Shown: positions 1-10,626, counted from the first letter of the stretch. The stretch is DNA of 64,000 nucleotides from Chthonomonadales bacterium (GCA_038229495.1 JBBROJ010000006.1:7038-71037), one strand, 5' to 3'. The notes: a model not told the origin generated them from the letters alone. Translations and numbers: made by a program.

Positions 1-167
1 TATAGACGAAGACCGAACTCCTCGCGAAAGAGGCGGTAGTCGCTTTCCAACTGCTCGGCGTGGCCTGTCATTTCGAGCTGATGGAAGTTCAGGGCCTGCG
101 ACCAATCGGGCGTGCCGCCGCGAATATGCCCCGCGTCAAACGCTCCCGCCAGCTGCCAAGTGCGCAT
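1..167 (-). CDS. glycoside-hydrolase-like protein, N-terminal fragment running off the window edge
   Basis: ATG at 167-165 (minus strand) lies 7 nt after GAGGAG. The frame is open to position 1 and reads MRTWQLAGAFDAGHIRGGTPDWSQALNFHQLEMTGHAEQLESDYRLFREEFGL. This N-terminal pattern resembles the neighbouring 426-aa GH1-like protein (..LTGHDKHLKRDYESLMELGI..). Confidence 0.4.
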   Translation of the reverse strand, partial: MRTWQLAGAFDAGHIRGGTPDWSQALNFHQLEMTGHAEQLESDYRLFREEFGLRL

Positions 168-358
168 GCATAAACTCCTCTAGTGAGCGCACGGGATAAA
201 TCCCTGAGCTTGGTGGCCGTCGGTCGAGTACCTGCCTGCGCAGGTAAGGGATGGATCGTGCTGTGCATCGATTTTGGTGTCCGCACAGGTGCAGACTCGG
301 CCGAAGGCCACACAGGCGCGGCATTCATTCCGACGGAACGTCCGCATGCGCCCTCTCT

Positions 359-1639
359 CTATGCCGCCGTTGAAGGCACGCCCGCGTGGTCGCGCGCCCA
401 CTTCTGCGCGGCCTCGCGGACCTCTGTCAACTGGACCCGGCCGAGTCCGCCGCCCATCCCGTCCGGCTCGATGCGATCCGGATTGTCGAGAATCTTCTGC
501 CAGCGGCGCAGCTCCGCGATATAGGGGTCGGAGGGCGAGCGGGAAAACTCATCGTCGTCCGCGACGTCGAACATGCCGATCTGCGCCCACTCGCCGCTCT
601 GCCAGTCCGGCATGTCCACGGCGGGAAAAAGACAGATGCCCTGAAGATCCACGCAGTCGTTGAGAGCGATCAGGCTCTCCTCCACGACCATGAGGAGCCA
701 CTCGGCGCGGTTGTCCTTATAGCCGCTGGTCTCCCCAATGATGACGGGCCGATGGTAGCGCTCCCACGCAACTTTCAGCATCTCGCTCAAGGGCTTGCGA
801 CGGGGGTCACGCGGCCCGAGCACCGCGCGGCTGCCGTCGGGATTCATCTGCGCCTGCGAAAAATTGTACACGTTTACGCCGACGATGTCGAGAATCTCCG
901 GCGAGCCGCCCAGCTCCGGGGACAGCCTGCCGTACAGCGTGTCCCACGCCTCGAACGCCTTCTCATACGTGTCATGCCACGCCTGCTCTGCTAAATCCGG
1001 TCTGTCCTGCGGCGGCACCTCGTATATGAGCGGGTCTACGTGCACCATGCGGGCTTCGGGGTCCACCTCGCGCAGCGCCTTCGCGCCTTCTATCGCCATC
1101 CGGCAGAGCGCCCGCTTGAACTCCGCGAAACGGCCCTTCGCGAACGGGTACATCCATCCCATGTCGGTTGCGGCGCCGGAGAAGAACGAAATCTCGTTCA
1201 TGGGGGTAAAGTAGCGAATCTTGTGCCGCTGCGCCTTGACGAACTCCGCCGCGGCCCGGCAGTAGTCCGTGAATCGCTTCAGGCAGTCCTCGGAAAAGGG
1301 GTCGCAGCCGTCAGGGAATCCGTAATGGCACAGGTCCCAAATGGCAGTAATCTCGCACGCGTTTGCGGCGTCGATGAACGGCTGCGTGGAGCTCCAATCG
1401 TATTTGCCGCCTCCCTTGTCGACCAGGGGCCACCGAATGCCCTCGCGCACAACTCCGATTCCAAGCTCCATGAGCGATTCGTAGTCGCGCTTCAGGTGCT
1501 TGTCGTGCCCGGTCAGCGCGACGTAGTCCTTCCGCAGCCCATCCCTCCACACGAAGGTGGAGCACTCGAATCCCGCCATGAAGAAGGTTGGGAAAATTCC
1601 CTCGCCCTGTTCCGGCCGGCGAGCCTGCGGATTAGTCAT
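359..1639 (-). CDS. GH1-like (beta-glucosidase-like) TIM-barrel glycoside hydrolase family protein
   Basis: 426-aa ORF with ATG at 1639 and an AAGGGGTGAG SD. N-terminus is FFMAGFECS, followed by ..REGIRW.., and a TPMNEISF acid/base-like NE motif. Call made from memory of the family. Confidence 0.65.
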   Translation of the reverse strand: MTNPQARRPEQGEGIFPTFFMAGFECSTFVWRDGLRKDYVALTGHDKHLKRDYESLMELGIGVVREGIRWPLVDKGGGKYDWSSTQPFIDAANACEITAIWDLCHYGFPDGCDPFSEDCLKRFTDYCRAAAEFVKAQRHKIRYFTPMNEISFFSGAATDMGWMYPFAKGRFAEFKRALCRMAIEGAKALREVDPEARMVHVDPLIYEVPPQDRPDLAEQAWHDTYEKAFEAWDTLYGRLSPELGGSPEILDIVGVNVYNFSQAQMNPDGSRAVLGPRDPRRKPLSEMLKVAWERYHRPVIIGETSGYKDNRAEWLLMVVEESLIALNDCVDLQGICLFPAVDMPDWQSGEWAQIGMFDVADDDEFSRSPSDPYIAELRRWQKILDNPDRIEPDGMGGGLGRVQLTEVREAAQKWARDHAGVPSTAA

Positions 1640-1840
1640 GACTCACCCCTTTCGCGGGGACGGAGCAGATGGATACAGGCCTGACTGCATTAAGAACGAT
1701 GAGTCTATCCACAGAGTTCCTGAAATCGCTTATGCGCTTGAGGTGGACCGGGTGAATCGATGTGAAATTGCGCCGGCACGGTTGAGAAGAGTTGAAAATC
1801 AGCGGTCGCCGAGAATACATCGGCGGGTCATAACTTCCAG

Positions 1841-4800
1841 TCATGTCTCGGCCTCACCTGCCTCGTCTTCGCCGGGTTCCGCCGTTCCATCGGCTGATTC
1901 CATCTCCGCATCATCCGTGACGGGGGCGCTGCCGAGCACACGCTGCCGGTCCGCCGGGTCGGTGATGCCATAAAGGTCAAGCACACGGTTATCGATGGCC
2001 ATGTCGGCGGCAGCTATTGCGTCCAATGTCGCGCTAATCTCGGCAATGATGCGAGCCTCTTCCGTGAAGAGCGCGGCGAGCGACTGAGGGTTGGCAGGGA
2101 GAATCGCCTGACCGCAAATCTCGTCCCAGGACCTGCCTTTCCATTGCGGACGCGTCAAATAGCCCAGCAGATACCGGCGAATAGCGGCATCGGCGACTTC
2201 CAGCCAGAGTTGATTGGCACGAAGTACGACCGTGGAGGGCCGGTTGTTTGGCGTGAAGACGCGGGAAATCTGCGCCGACGCATCGCACTGTTCGGGCAGG
2301 CGCAACAGTCCGGCGGCGTGGGCGTCGAACAGAGTAAGGACGGGATAGTTGCGATCGCGCTGCCGCATGTCTGCCAGCAGAACATCATAAGGAACCTGGA
2401 TGTCCGGCGTGCCATCGCGCCGGGTGCGAATCACGTACTCCTGCTCACGCAGCGTGTTGAGCGCGGCATGGGGCGACATCAGCTCGTCCACAAGTGCAAC
2501 GAGTTCTGCCTGAGTTGCCACATCCGCCGGGTAGATAGGCAATTGACGAAAGTAGTCCGGATTGATATTGACGTTGTCATAACGCCGAGCATACCAGTAG
2601 TTAAGCAGCGATGAGTTGAAGAGAGCTAAGAGATATTTTAAGTCATATGCCGAAACGTTGGTGATGACGTTGCTATAGTTATGTCGATTGTAGAATCGGG
2701 TTTCGTCGTATGTAGCTACCAATCGGCGTTTGAGAGCGCGGTTTCGCATATATTGAACCAGTAGCTTTGGCGATTCAAAATATTTAGGTTCGCGTGGACA
2801 CCAGAGCCAATTACCGTATTTCACATGGCGATTCTCCCGCCCCGGCCGCAATCCGTAGCGCTCGACGTAACTGCTTCCGTCAAGAAGAGGCTTCCATTCG
2901 GCTCCATCAGAAGGCACTTCGCGTCTAGGCTTAATGTATAGATTTGCTCGTCCATCCGCTCTCGTCTTATAGGGAATAATGCCTTGCGTACTTTGTGTTA
3001 CATCACCAAACAACTGAATCCGGCTTGCCGGGCCAGCGCCGATCTTAACACGGCACGCCTCTTCAATCTGTTGCAATAGCGGCGTCCAACGGATATTCAT
3101 TTCGTGGCGTGGATCGTCAATCCACCCAGATTGCGATTGGGTTAATTGTTCCTTCCACTCCCGAGCGGTCAGCTTGTCCAACATGTCCCGCACAGCCATG
3201 CTAAACACCTGCGTCTGCTGGCTCCTCCGTTGCTCCATGTCTGCTTCCGCAGCCAGGAACAGAAGGGTGCAATCCACGTTGGCATCATTCCAGATGCCCT
3301 GTGGCAAATCCACTATCTGCTCAATTCGCCCAGAGGTCAGCAAATGTTCGCGCAGATTCGCGGTGTTGGCGCCCATTAGGTAGGTGTTTGGGGTTATGAA
3401 GCCGAGCCTACCCTTTTCGCCCAGCAAGCCGATGCCGAGGCGAAAGAAGAACACATATGTGTCCGGCTGCCCGTAGAAAACATCGCCCATCCATTCGCGG
3501 AGCGAAGCCTTATAGCTGTCCGTCAGCTTAGCGCCGTAGGGAGGATTGGCGACCACCCAGGCAAAGCCCGTGGCGTACTCGTCGTGCCGCCCCTTAATGC
3601 GATCCACGACGTCCAACTCCTCCGCCATCAGGGTGTTTGCCCGCGCAAAGTAGAGAACGCCGCTGGCCGGAGCAAGAGCGTCCACGTTGTAGACGTGGAA
3701 TCGCTGGAGGCGCGGCGGGTTCTTGCCGTCGAGGGCCACTTTCACCAGGTCAAGCACCTGAATGAGAAGGTTTACTTCCGCAAGGTAGCAGGCGAAGGGG
3801 TTCAGGTCGAACCCGAAGAGATTGTCGCGGATTCTGTCTATCAACTGCCGGGGATTCGCTCCAACCGTCACCTTATAGGCGGCAACCAGCCGCCGCGCCG
3901 CCTCGACCAGGAACGAGCCGCTGCCGCAGGCCGGGTCTATCAGCCGCTTGTCGGGTCCTATGATCGCGGGGCCGCTTACATATCCTGTCTCATCGAGGAT
4001 GTAGCGAACGATTTCCGACGGCGTGTAGTATTGCCCCTTCTGCTTCTTCTCAGGCCGTCCAACATAGGTGTTGTAGATGGCCCCGATCAGGTCGGAATCG
4101 ACGTCGGCGAAGTTGAATCTGCTCAACTGCGCGAGCACGCGAACGAAACGCACACGGTTGAGGCTATACCAGTTGAACAGCTCGCGCCCGGTGAAGAAGT
4201 GGGAGTAGATGTTCTGCGCGTTCTGGAACGCCATGTCCAACAGAGTGTCGTATGGGTTGCCTGTCGCAAAGAGGAAGTAGCGTTCGATATCCTCCTGCCA
4301 GCGCTTCAGCCCGCCATCCGAGAGGAAGCGGTGTGGAAGGATGCCTTTGTCCTCGCAGACACGGATAAGCAGCAGGCGGATAAAGACGACGTAGGCCGCT
4401 TGCAGCGCGAATTCGTCGCGCCGCCCGCTCTCTTCCAGCCCGCCAAGCATCGTCTCCTGCACGACCGCCGTCCATATGGCGTAGTTTTCGCGAATCTCGA
4501 TGCTTTCGCGGTAATCGTGGCGCAGGAATGCCTTTCGCTTGTGCCACTCGAAGGCGATGTCTCCATATGCCTTCAGCGCCTCGCCTAGCGCGCCGAGGCC
4601 ATTATCGAATTTCGTCCAAGCTTTTGCGGCCTTCTTATCGTTCGGAAACTTTCGCTCACGTGCGGCATTAATCGTCGCCAGCGTTTTAGCCAATAGCTCC
4701 TTTGTGTTCAGGAAGGCGAGTGGATCGCGCTGAAGGTCGTCCAGGTTGAGGTTTATCGATGCGATCTCTTGAGCATCCAGGCCCACCAGCGGCGCAAAGA

Positions 4801-5668
4801 TCGTGAGCTGCCGGCTGACGTTAACACGCAGCTTTTCAAGCCGTTCAAAGGCAATTTCGTTTTCGTCCTCTCGCAGGCGGCCGCTCCGGTGTTCATACTC
4901 GGCGTTTCTCTGAAGATGCTGTTCCAATTTGCCGCGCGCATCGGCTTGCAGGTCTTGCAGCAGGGTCTTCACCGCGCCGACCAGAAGCTCCTGATTGACC
5001 GCGTTCGCTCCAACTGGCAGAGCCTGCCGCTCCCATTGGTCCAGATCGGTGGCGATCTCTTGTTCGATGCGCTGCAAATCGGCAAACGTCTCTTTGCGGA
5101 ACTGCTCCCAGAGCAGAAGAAGGGCCTGTTTAACCGTGGGCGAGAGGCCCTCCGCCCCGCCTTCCGTCCATTCGCGAAGAGCGCTCGGAACATCAAGATC
5201 AATGGTCAGCTCGGGTTGCGCAGGATTATCGATGCGCCAGACTGTCAGCCTTCTGCCGTTCGCGAGCCAGCCGGATCGCAGTCCAAGCGACCGGAGATAG
5301 CCACACAATTGGGAGAGGTGGCTTTCCGGATCCGTCACATCGACCGTTAGATCAAGGCCGGTACTTTTGTCTTCTACCACGAAGCAGATGCCATAATCCG
5401 CGTCTTCGGGCGCGAAGTCAGGACGACCGTTCTTGTTGTTCTGATTGTAGACCTGTTCCCCCGGGGCGAATCCCAGCAGGTTTAGCAGAGGGCTTACGAT
5501 GGCGTTGTCTACAATCGCGGCTTCATCTCCAGCACGCCGGGGTGCGGGCCGCTCAAGATAGCGCAACAGATCGCTGCCCTTGAACTGCTTCGTTGTAAAG
5601 AGATTGAAGAAGCCAACCAGGAAATCATCGAACGTCTGCATGTGGAAGCAATCCGTGAAAGGCGACAT
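1841..5668 (-). CDS. single-chain Type IIG restriction endonuclease / N6-adenine DNA methyltransferase (Eco57I/MmeI-like architecture)
   Basis: 1275-aa ORF. The N-terminus has a PD-(D/E)xK-like GRPDF...CFVVEDKS. SAM motif I (DPACGSGSFLVEA) lies upstream of catalytic motif IV (VVANPPYGAK), the gamma-class order. A TaqI-like C-terminal specificity region is present (YLLALFNSSLLNYWY). Confidence 0.85.
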   Translation of the reverse strand: MSPFTDCFHMQTFDDFLVGFFNLFTTKQFKGSDLLRYLERPAPRRAGDEAAIVDNAIVSPLLNLLGFAPGEQVYNQNNKNGRPDFAPEDADYGICFVVEDKSTGLDLTVDVTDPESHLSQLCGYLRSLGLRSGWLANGRRLTVWRIDNPAQPELTIDLDVPSALREWTEGGAEGLSPTVKQALLLLWEQFRKETFADLQRIEQEIATDLDQWERQALPVGANAVNQELLVGAVKTLLQDLQADARGKLEQHLQRNAEYEHRSGRLREDENEIAFERLEKLRVNVSRQLTIFAPLVGLDAQEIASINLNLDDLQRDPLAFLNTKELLAKTLATINAARERKFPNDKKAAKAWTKFDNGLGALGEALKAYGDIAFEWHKRKAFLRHDYRESIEIRENYAIWTAVVQETMLGGLEESGRRDEFALQAAYVVFIRLLLIRVCEDKGILPHRFLSDGGLKRWQEDIERYFLFATGNPYDTLLDMAFQNAQNIYSHFFTGRELFNWYSLNRVRFVRVLAQLSRFNFADVDSDLIGAIYNTYVGRPEKKQKGQYYTPSEIVRYILDETGYVSGPAIIGPDKRLIDPACGSGSFLVEAARRLVAAYKVTVGANPRQLIDRIRDNLFGFDLNPFACYLAEVNLLIQVLDLVKVALDGKNPPRLQRFHVYNVDALAPASGVLYFARANTLMAEELDVVDRIKGRHDEYATGFAWVVANPPYGAKLTDSYKASLREWMGDVFYGQPDTYVFFFRLGIGLLGEKGRLGFITPNTYLMGANTANLREHLLTSGRIEQIVDLPQGIWNDANVDCTLLFLAAEADMEQRRSQQTQVFSMAVRDMLDKLTAREWKEQLTQSQSGWIDDPRHEMNIRWTPLLQQIEEACRVKIGAGPASRIQLFGDVTQSTQGIIPYKTRADGRANLYIKPRREVPSDGAEWKPLLDGSSYVERYGLRPGRENRHVKYGNWLWCPREPKYFESPKLLVQYMRNRALKRRLVATYDETRFYNRHNYSNVITNVSAYDLKYLLALFNSSLLNYWYARRYDNVNINPDYFRQLPIYPADVATQAELVALVDELMSPHAALNTLREQEYVIRTRRDGTPDIQVPYDVLLADMRQRDRNYPVLTLFDAHAAGLLRLPEQCDASAQISRVFTPNNRPSTVVLRANQLWLEVADAAIRRYLLGYLTRPQWKGRSWDEICGQAILPANPQSLAALFTEEARIIAEISATLDAIAAADMAIDNRVLDLYGITDPADRQRVLGSAPVTDDAEMESADGTAEPGEDEAGEAET

Positions 5669-5917
5669 ATCATCCGGTGGCGAAGCCGGGCGGCGATGAG
5701 GACAAATGCGATGACAAACTGAAGCGCGTTGGTATTGTACTTGTCGGCCGGTCAGTTCGTCAATGTGCGGCTGCCGGATCCTGCCAACAGATTCGTGAAT
5801 CTGCAGACGGGACAGGTGACGGAAATATAGGAGATCGGGGCGGTGCGGCCGGAGTTAAGGGCAGCCGCTAGCAACCATAATAGTGCGGGCGCTCGATGCC
5901 CGTTCGAACGGAGCGCG

Positions 5918-6997
5918 TTACCGAGACGGCACGCCGCGGAGCGAATTCACTAAGATGCTCGCGACCTCCAACTCGACGGCGTCCAGTTGATCCAATAGGC
6001 GTATGCGGCTCAGGTCGAAGCTGCGGCGCGGCTCGCTCCCCTCCGTGCCGCGGCTTCGACCTGAGCCGTTGTGGAGGCACCAGCCCGCGGCCCCGCCTCG
6101 ACTTGCGCCGCCCGCATCGGCCAGGTAATCAGCCACGCCAGGGTTCCAATCCACATTTCCACGCCGGAACGGATCCTGGTAGTGGACGGGCACCTCGCTT
6201 CCGATCTCCTTCATCCACCGCAGCAGCTCGCGCGTTTTTTCCTCGGTCTGCCGGGGGCTTCCTTCATTCCGTGTCCGGTGAGGACAGACGAAATCCAAGT
6301 GCGCCCGCGTGAGATACGCCTCCATCTCCTCGCGCGAAATCTCGCTGCCGTGCGACGCGGTGAGCAGACGGCGCGGGTCGATGTTTCGCGCCACTTGTGC
6401 CAGGCGCGCCACAACATTAATTAAAACGTAGCGGCCATCGCGGATATTGCGCTCGTTGGCGATGTCGAGATACCAGTTCCGGTATGCTCGCAGCTCCGTG
6501 ACGAGTATCCTTACCGCCTGCGCGTGAGCCTCTTCAGTGTGCAGGCCGCCCATAACTTCCGGCCCGCTGCGCGTGAGCGTTTCGTCGACGATCAATTTGC
6601 GCTTCTCGCACTCGGCGATGAGGCGAACCAGCCGATCGATGTATGGCTTGCGAGGCCAGCCCTCGGTATCTACCTCGGAAACATTGCCGCCAAACGCGCT
6701 CCACTTCGCCCATACCCGAATCCAGTTGAAACCGGAAGCACGAATGCGGTCGAGATCCGCGGCCACGGTTTCAGGCGGCGCGCCCAAACCGCCGTAGTAG
6801 CTGATTCCCAATAAGAACGCGGGCTGCCCGTCCAGCGTAAAGCGTGAGCCTTGAATGCCCAATATGGTCGCATGCGCCGGACGGGCCGCCGCCGGAGCAC
6901 AGCCGCCTACCCATAGAGTGATGATGGCTGACATGAAGTAGCAGTATATGCCGGGCATGGCCGGCCGGTGAAATATTCCCATTCGTTCCTTCTCCAT
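5918..6997 (-). CDS. exported GH5-like (cellulase-family) glycoside hydrolase
   Basis: 359-aa ORF. Signal/lipobox-like ..IITLWVGGC, GFNWIRVW, and a DIANERN (NE acid/base) motif. The start codon is uncertain. Confidence 0.6.
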   Translation of the reverse strand: MEKERMGIFHRPAMPGIYCYFMSAIITLWVGGCAPAAARPAHATILGIQGSRFTLDGQPAFLLGISYYGGLGAPPETVAADLDRIRASGFNWIRVWAKWSAFGGNVSEVDTEGWPRKPYIDRLVRLIAECEKRKLIVDETLTRSGPEVMGGLHTEEAHAQAVRILVTELRAYRNWYLDIANERNIRDGRYVLINVVARLAQVARNIDPRRLLTASHGSEISREEMEAYLTRAHLDFVCPHRTRNEGSPRQTEEKTRELLRWMKEIGSEVPVHYQDPFRRGNVDWNPGVADYLADAGGASRGGAAGWCLHNGSGRSRGTEGSEPRRSFDLSRIRLLDQLDAVELEVASILVNSLRGVPSR

Positions 6998-7144
6998 TCC
7001 ACGCGATCATTTTGTCCGCTAATTCCTCTCCCGCGCGTACCTGCGCTGCTAAATCGGCAGGAGATCGATCCCTTCACGCACAATCTACCGCTAACCAGAT
7101 AGCATTCTGATTGAAGCATTTAGATTGAAGCAGGCGGTGAGCAA

Positions 7145-8290
7145 ATGGACATCGTTCGATTCGGCATCATAGGCGTGGGCGGCATGGGCTTCGGTCATTG
7201 CGCCAGCATGAACCAGATAGAGGAGGCGCATCTGGCCGCCGTCTGCGATACCAACTACGCTGCCCTCAAAGAGGCCAAATCCAGGTATCGTGTACCCGGA
7301 TACGACAACTACGAGGCTCTGCTGGACAGCGGTCTCGTTGACGCCGTCATCATCGCCACGCCCCACTATTTTCATCCGCCCATCGCCGAGGCCGCTTTCC
7401 GCCGCAAGCTGCACGTTCTCTCCGAGAAGCCGATTGGCGTCACCGTTTCCGCCGCCGATGCCATGATTCGCGCGGCGAAAGAATCCGGTTGCGTGTTCGG
7501 CGTGATGTACCAGATGCGCTCATTGGAGCGCGTGCGGACGGCGCTTCGGCTCGTGCGCGAGGGCCGGCTTGGCGAGATCTACCGCACCTCGCTGGTCATG
7601 GGCTGGTATCGCAGCCAGGCATACTACGATTCGGGCGGCTGGCGCGCTACCTGGTCCGGCGAGGGTGGAGGCGTTCTCATAAACCAGGCACCCCATTTTC
7701 TCGACCTGTACACGCTTCTCTCTGGCCTCCCTGTGCGACTGACGGGCTGCACCCGCACGCGCCTGCACGACATTGAGGTCGAGGACGAGGCGTTCGCGAC
7801 ACTCGAATATTCCAACGGAGCCCACGGTTACCTGTACGCCAGCACCATTGAAGCGCCCGGCCACGAGATGCTGGAGCTTTGCGGCGACAAAGGCAAGCTC
7901 GTCATGCACGGCTCCAACCTGCGGTTCTTCGAAATTAAGACGCCCATCCGCGAGCATGTCCGCGAATCTACCGAGATGTGGGGCGGCCCCGAAACCGTCG
8001 AAATGGATCTGAATATTCCCATGACAGGCGGCCAGCACACGGACATCACCCGCAACTTCTGCCGCCACATTCTGTGTGGTGACCCGCTGCTTGCGCCGGG
8101 CGCGGAGGGAATCGACGCGGTCGAGCTTATCAACGGAATCATCCTATCCAGCCATACGGGCGAACCGGTCAGCCTGCCGGTAGACCGCACCGCCTACGAT
8201 CAGCTTATCGCCAAACTTCAGCGCGACTCGAAAAAGAAGCAGCATGTTTTGGAGCAGCGCGTCACGGACACGCACTACGCGGGCCGGTAA
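7145..8290 (+). CDS. Gfo/Idh/MocA family NAD(P)-dependent oxidoreductase
   Basis: 381-aa ORF. Rossmann N-terminus VRFGIIGVGGMG, and EKP motif (LSEKPIG). Confidence 0.85.
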   Translation: MDIVRFGIIGVGGMGFGHCASMNQIEEAHLAAVCDTNYAALKEAKSRYRVPGYDNYEALLDSGLVDAVIIATPHYFHPPIAEAAFRRKLHVLSEKPIGVTVSAADAMIRAAKESGCVFGVMYQMRSLERVRTALRLVREGRLGEIYRTSLVMGWYRSQAYYDSGGWRATWSGEGGGVLINQAPHFLDLYTLLSGLPVRLTGCTRTRLHDIEVEDEAFATLEYSNGAHGYLYASTIEAPGHEMLELCGDKGKLVMHGSNLRFFEIKTPIREHVRESTEMWGGPETVEMDLNIPMTGGQHTDITRNFCRHILCGDPLLAPGAEGIDAVELINGIILSSHTGEPVSLPVDRTAYDQLIAKLQRDSKKKQHVLEQRVTDTHYAGR

Positions 8291-8342
8291 CGATTTGCCC
8301 CCTCCTTTGCCGATCCGACGCCGCTTTGGTTCATAGTATAAC

Positions 8343-8375
8343 GATATGGATGAGATATGGATGAGATATGGATGA
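8343..8375 (+). repeat. tandem 11-bp repeat GATATGGATGA x3 overlapping the hemB start codon
   Basis: Three perfect head-to-tail copies at 8343-8353, 8354-8364 and 8365-8375. Each copy carries two ATGs. Confidence 0.9.
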
Positions 8376-9384
8376 TTCGTTGACACATACCAAGACAGAT
8401 TTCAGCGTAGATGCCCCGTTGCATCGCCTGCGCAGGCTGCGCGGCTCGGCCAACATGAGGCGTATGGTCCGCGAGACCCGCGTGACGGCGGACGATCTGC
8501 TCTACCCGCTGTTCGTCACGCACGCGAAGACCGCAACAATCCCTTCCATGCCGGGCATCAACCGGTTCTCCATAGACGACCTCTGCCGCGAAGTTGAAAG
8601 CGTCGCGAAGCTCGGCATACCTGCGATCATGCTGTTCGGCATTCCAGAAGAGAAGGACGAGCAGGGTTCCGGAGCCTATGCGGACGATGGAATCGTGCCG
8701 CGCGCTTTTCGCGCCCTCAAGCGGGCGGTGGGCGATTCCGTCCTGTTGGTCGCGGACGTCTGCCTCTGCGAATACACCTCGCACGGCCACTGCGGCCTGA
8801 TAGAGAACGGCGAGGTCGCCAACGACCCGACACTTGAGTTGCTTGCCCGCGCCTCCGTCACCTATGCGAGCGCGGGGGCCGACATCATTGCTCCCTCGGA
8901 CATGATGGATGGACGCATCGCGGCCATCCGGCTGGCGCTCGACGAAAACGGATTCACCGATCGGCCCATCATGGCATACGCGGCGAAATACTCCAGCGGA
9001 TTCTATGGACCGTTCCGCGAGGCGGCGGGCAGCGCCCCCCAGTTTGGGGACCGGCGCACCTACCAGATGGACCCGGCCAACCGGCGCGAGGCGATTCGCG
9101 AGGTGCTGCTGGACGTGGACGAGGGCGCGGACATCATCATGGTCAAACCCGCGCTCCCCTACCTTGATATTATTCGCGAGGTACGCGACGCCATCGATCT
9201 ACCTGTCGCCGCCTACAACGTAAGCGGCGAATATTCGATGGTCAAGGCGGCCGCCCAAAACGGCTGGATTGAAGAGGACCGGGTAATTGCCGAGACACTG
9301 GTGGGCATAAAGCGCGCGGGAGCGGACATCATCCTTACGTATCATGCAAAAGAGTTTCTGGAACGCGGGCTGGACAAACTGTAG
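8368..9384 (+). CDS. hemB: porphobilinogen synthase (delta-aminolevulinate dehydratase)
   Basis: 338-aa ORF. Motifs: [14 protein letters not shown], Zn-type Cys cluster [14 protein letters not shown], and active-site region [10 protein letters not shown]. Confidence 0.92.
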   Translation: MDDSLTHTKTDFSVDAPLHRLRRLRGSANMRRMVRETRVTADDLLYPLFVTHAKTATIPSMPGINRFSIDDLCREVESVAKLGIPAIMLFGIPEEKDEQGSGAYADDGIVPRAFRALKRAVGDSVLLVADVCLCEYTSHGHCGLIENGEVANDPTLELLARASVTYASAGADIIAPSDMMDGRIAAIRLALDENGFTDRPIMAYAAKYSSGFYGPFREAAGSAPQFGDRRTYQMDPANRREAIREVLLDVDEGADIIMVKPALPYLDIIREVRDAIDLPVAAYNVSGEYSMVKAAAQNGWIEEDRVIAETLVGIKRAGADIILTYHAKEFLERGLDKL

Positions 9385-9488
9385 GCGCTCGGGCTGCGGC
9401 TGGATAGAAACATTTGAATCGCGTCGGGTATTCTGTCAGAAATCAAACAACTACCGCCGCGTCCGCCCGCGCACTGGAGAGTTTAAGC

Positions 9489-10604
9489 ATGATCGTCGGC
9501 GTTCCCAGGGAACTTAAGAACAACGAATACCGTGTCGCCCTCGTGCCCGCGGGCGCGGAAGTGTTGGTCGAGGATGGGCACACCGTTCTTATAGAAGCGG
9601 GCGCGGGCCTGGGAACCGGCATCGAGGACGCAGAGTACATCGAAGCGGGTGCCGAGATCGTGCCGGACGCGCGGACGCTGTTTTCCCGTTCCGACCTTAT
9701 CGTCAAAGTGAAGGAGCCGCTCGCCGGCGAGTACGAACTGCTACATCCCGGCCAGATTGTCTTTACCTACTTCCACTTCGCGGCCAGCGAAGAGCTGACT
9801 CGAGCCATGGTTGCCAGCCGCGCCGTTTGCGTAGCATACGAAACGATACAGCTTCCCGACGGCACGCTCCCGCTCCTTACGCCCATGAGCGAGGTTGCGG
9901 GGCGCATGGCGATACAGGAGGGCGCGAAATACCTGGAGCGCCCGATGGAGGGCCGAGGCATCCTGCTTGCCGGCGTGCCGGGGGTCCCTCCCGCAAATGT
10001 CGTCATTCTCGGCGGGGGAATCGTGGGCGCGAATGCGGCCAAGATAGCGGCGGGATTCGGAGCAAACGTCTATATACTCGACATCAATATGGAGCGTCTG
10101 CGCTACCTGGATGACGTGATGCCGCCCAACGTAACGACCATCTTCTCGAACCGGCTTAACATCCGCAACCTGCTGCCGCAGGCCGACCTGGTAATCGGGG
10201 GCGTGCTGCGACGCGGCGCGAAGGCCCCGGTGCTGGTGAGCCGAGAGATGCTGAAGTCCATGAAGCGCGGCGCGGTGGTGGTTGACGTGGCGGTGGACCA
10301 GGGCGGCTGCTTCGAAACCACGCACCCTACGACCCACAGCGAGCCCACCTACATCGTGGAGGGCGTCGTGCACTACTGCGTTGCGAACATGCCCGGCGCG
10401 GTCGCGGGAACTTCGACCTACGCGCTGACCAACGAGACCTTGCCCTACCTGCGCCGCCTGGCCAACAAGGGATGGAAGCAGGCGTGCCGTGAGAGCGCGG
10501 CGCTTAAAATGGGCCTAAATGTGGTAGACGGGAAGGTCTGCTTCCCCGATGTTGCCGAGCAGTTTGCACTTCCTTATACTCCCGTCGACGAAATCGTCGC
10601 CTGA
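9489..10604 (+). CDS. ald: alanine dehydrogenase
   Basis: Start re-picked at ATG 9489 (MIVGVPRELKNNEYRVAL, the canonical Ald N-terminus). NAD fold VVILGGGIVG. About 371 aa. Confidence 0.9.
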   Translation: MIVGVPRELKNNEYRVALVPAGAEVLVEDGHTVLIEAGAGLGTGIEDAEYIEAGAEIVPDARTLFSRSDLIVKVKEPLAGEYELLHPGQIVFTYFHFAASEELTRAMVASRAVCVAYETIQLPDGTLPLLTPMSEVAGRMAIQEGAKYLERPMEGRGILLAGVPGVPPANVVILGGGIVGANAAKIAAGFGANVYILDINMERLRYLDDVMPPNVTTIFSNRLNIRNLLPQADLVIGGVLRRGAKAPVLVSREMLKSMKRGAVVVDVAVDQGGCFETTHPTTHSEPTYIVEGVVHYCVANMPGAVAGTSTYALTNETLPYLRRLANKGWKQACRESAALKMGLNVVDGKVCFPDVAEQFALPYTPVDEIVA

Positions 10605-10626
10605 TCCCAGGACCCAATCCCAGAAT

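Noticed and set aside
1841-5668. BREX PglX methyltransferase
   Set aside because: The size and NPPY motif fit. However, no BrxA/B/C, PglZ or BrxL genes are adjacent, since the flanks are glycosidase genes. The N-terminus also carries a PD-(D/E)xK-like nuclease motif typical of Type IIG enzymes.
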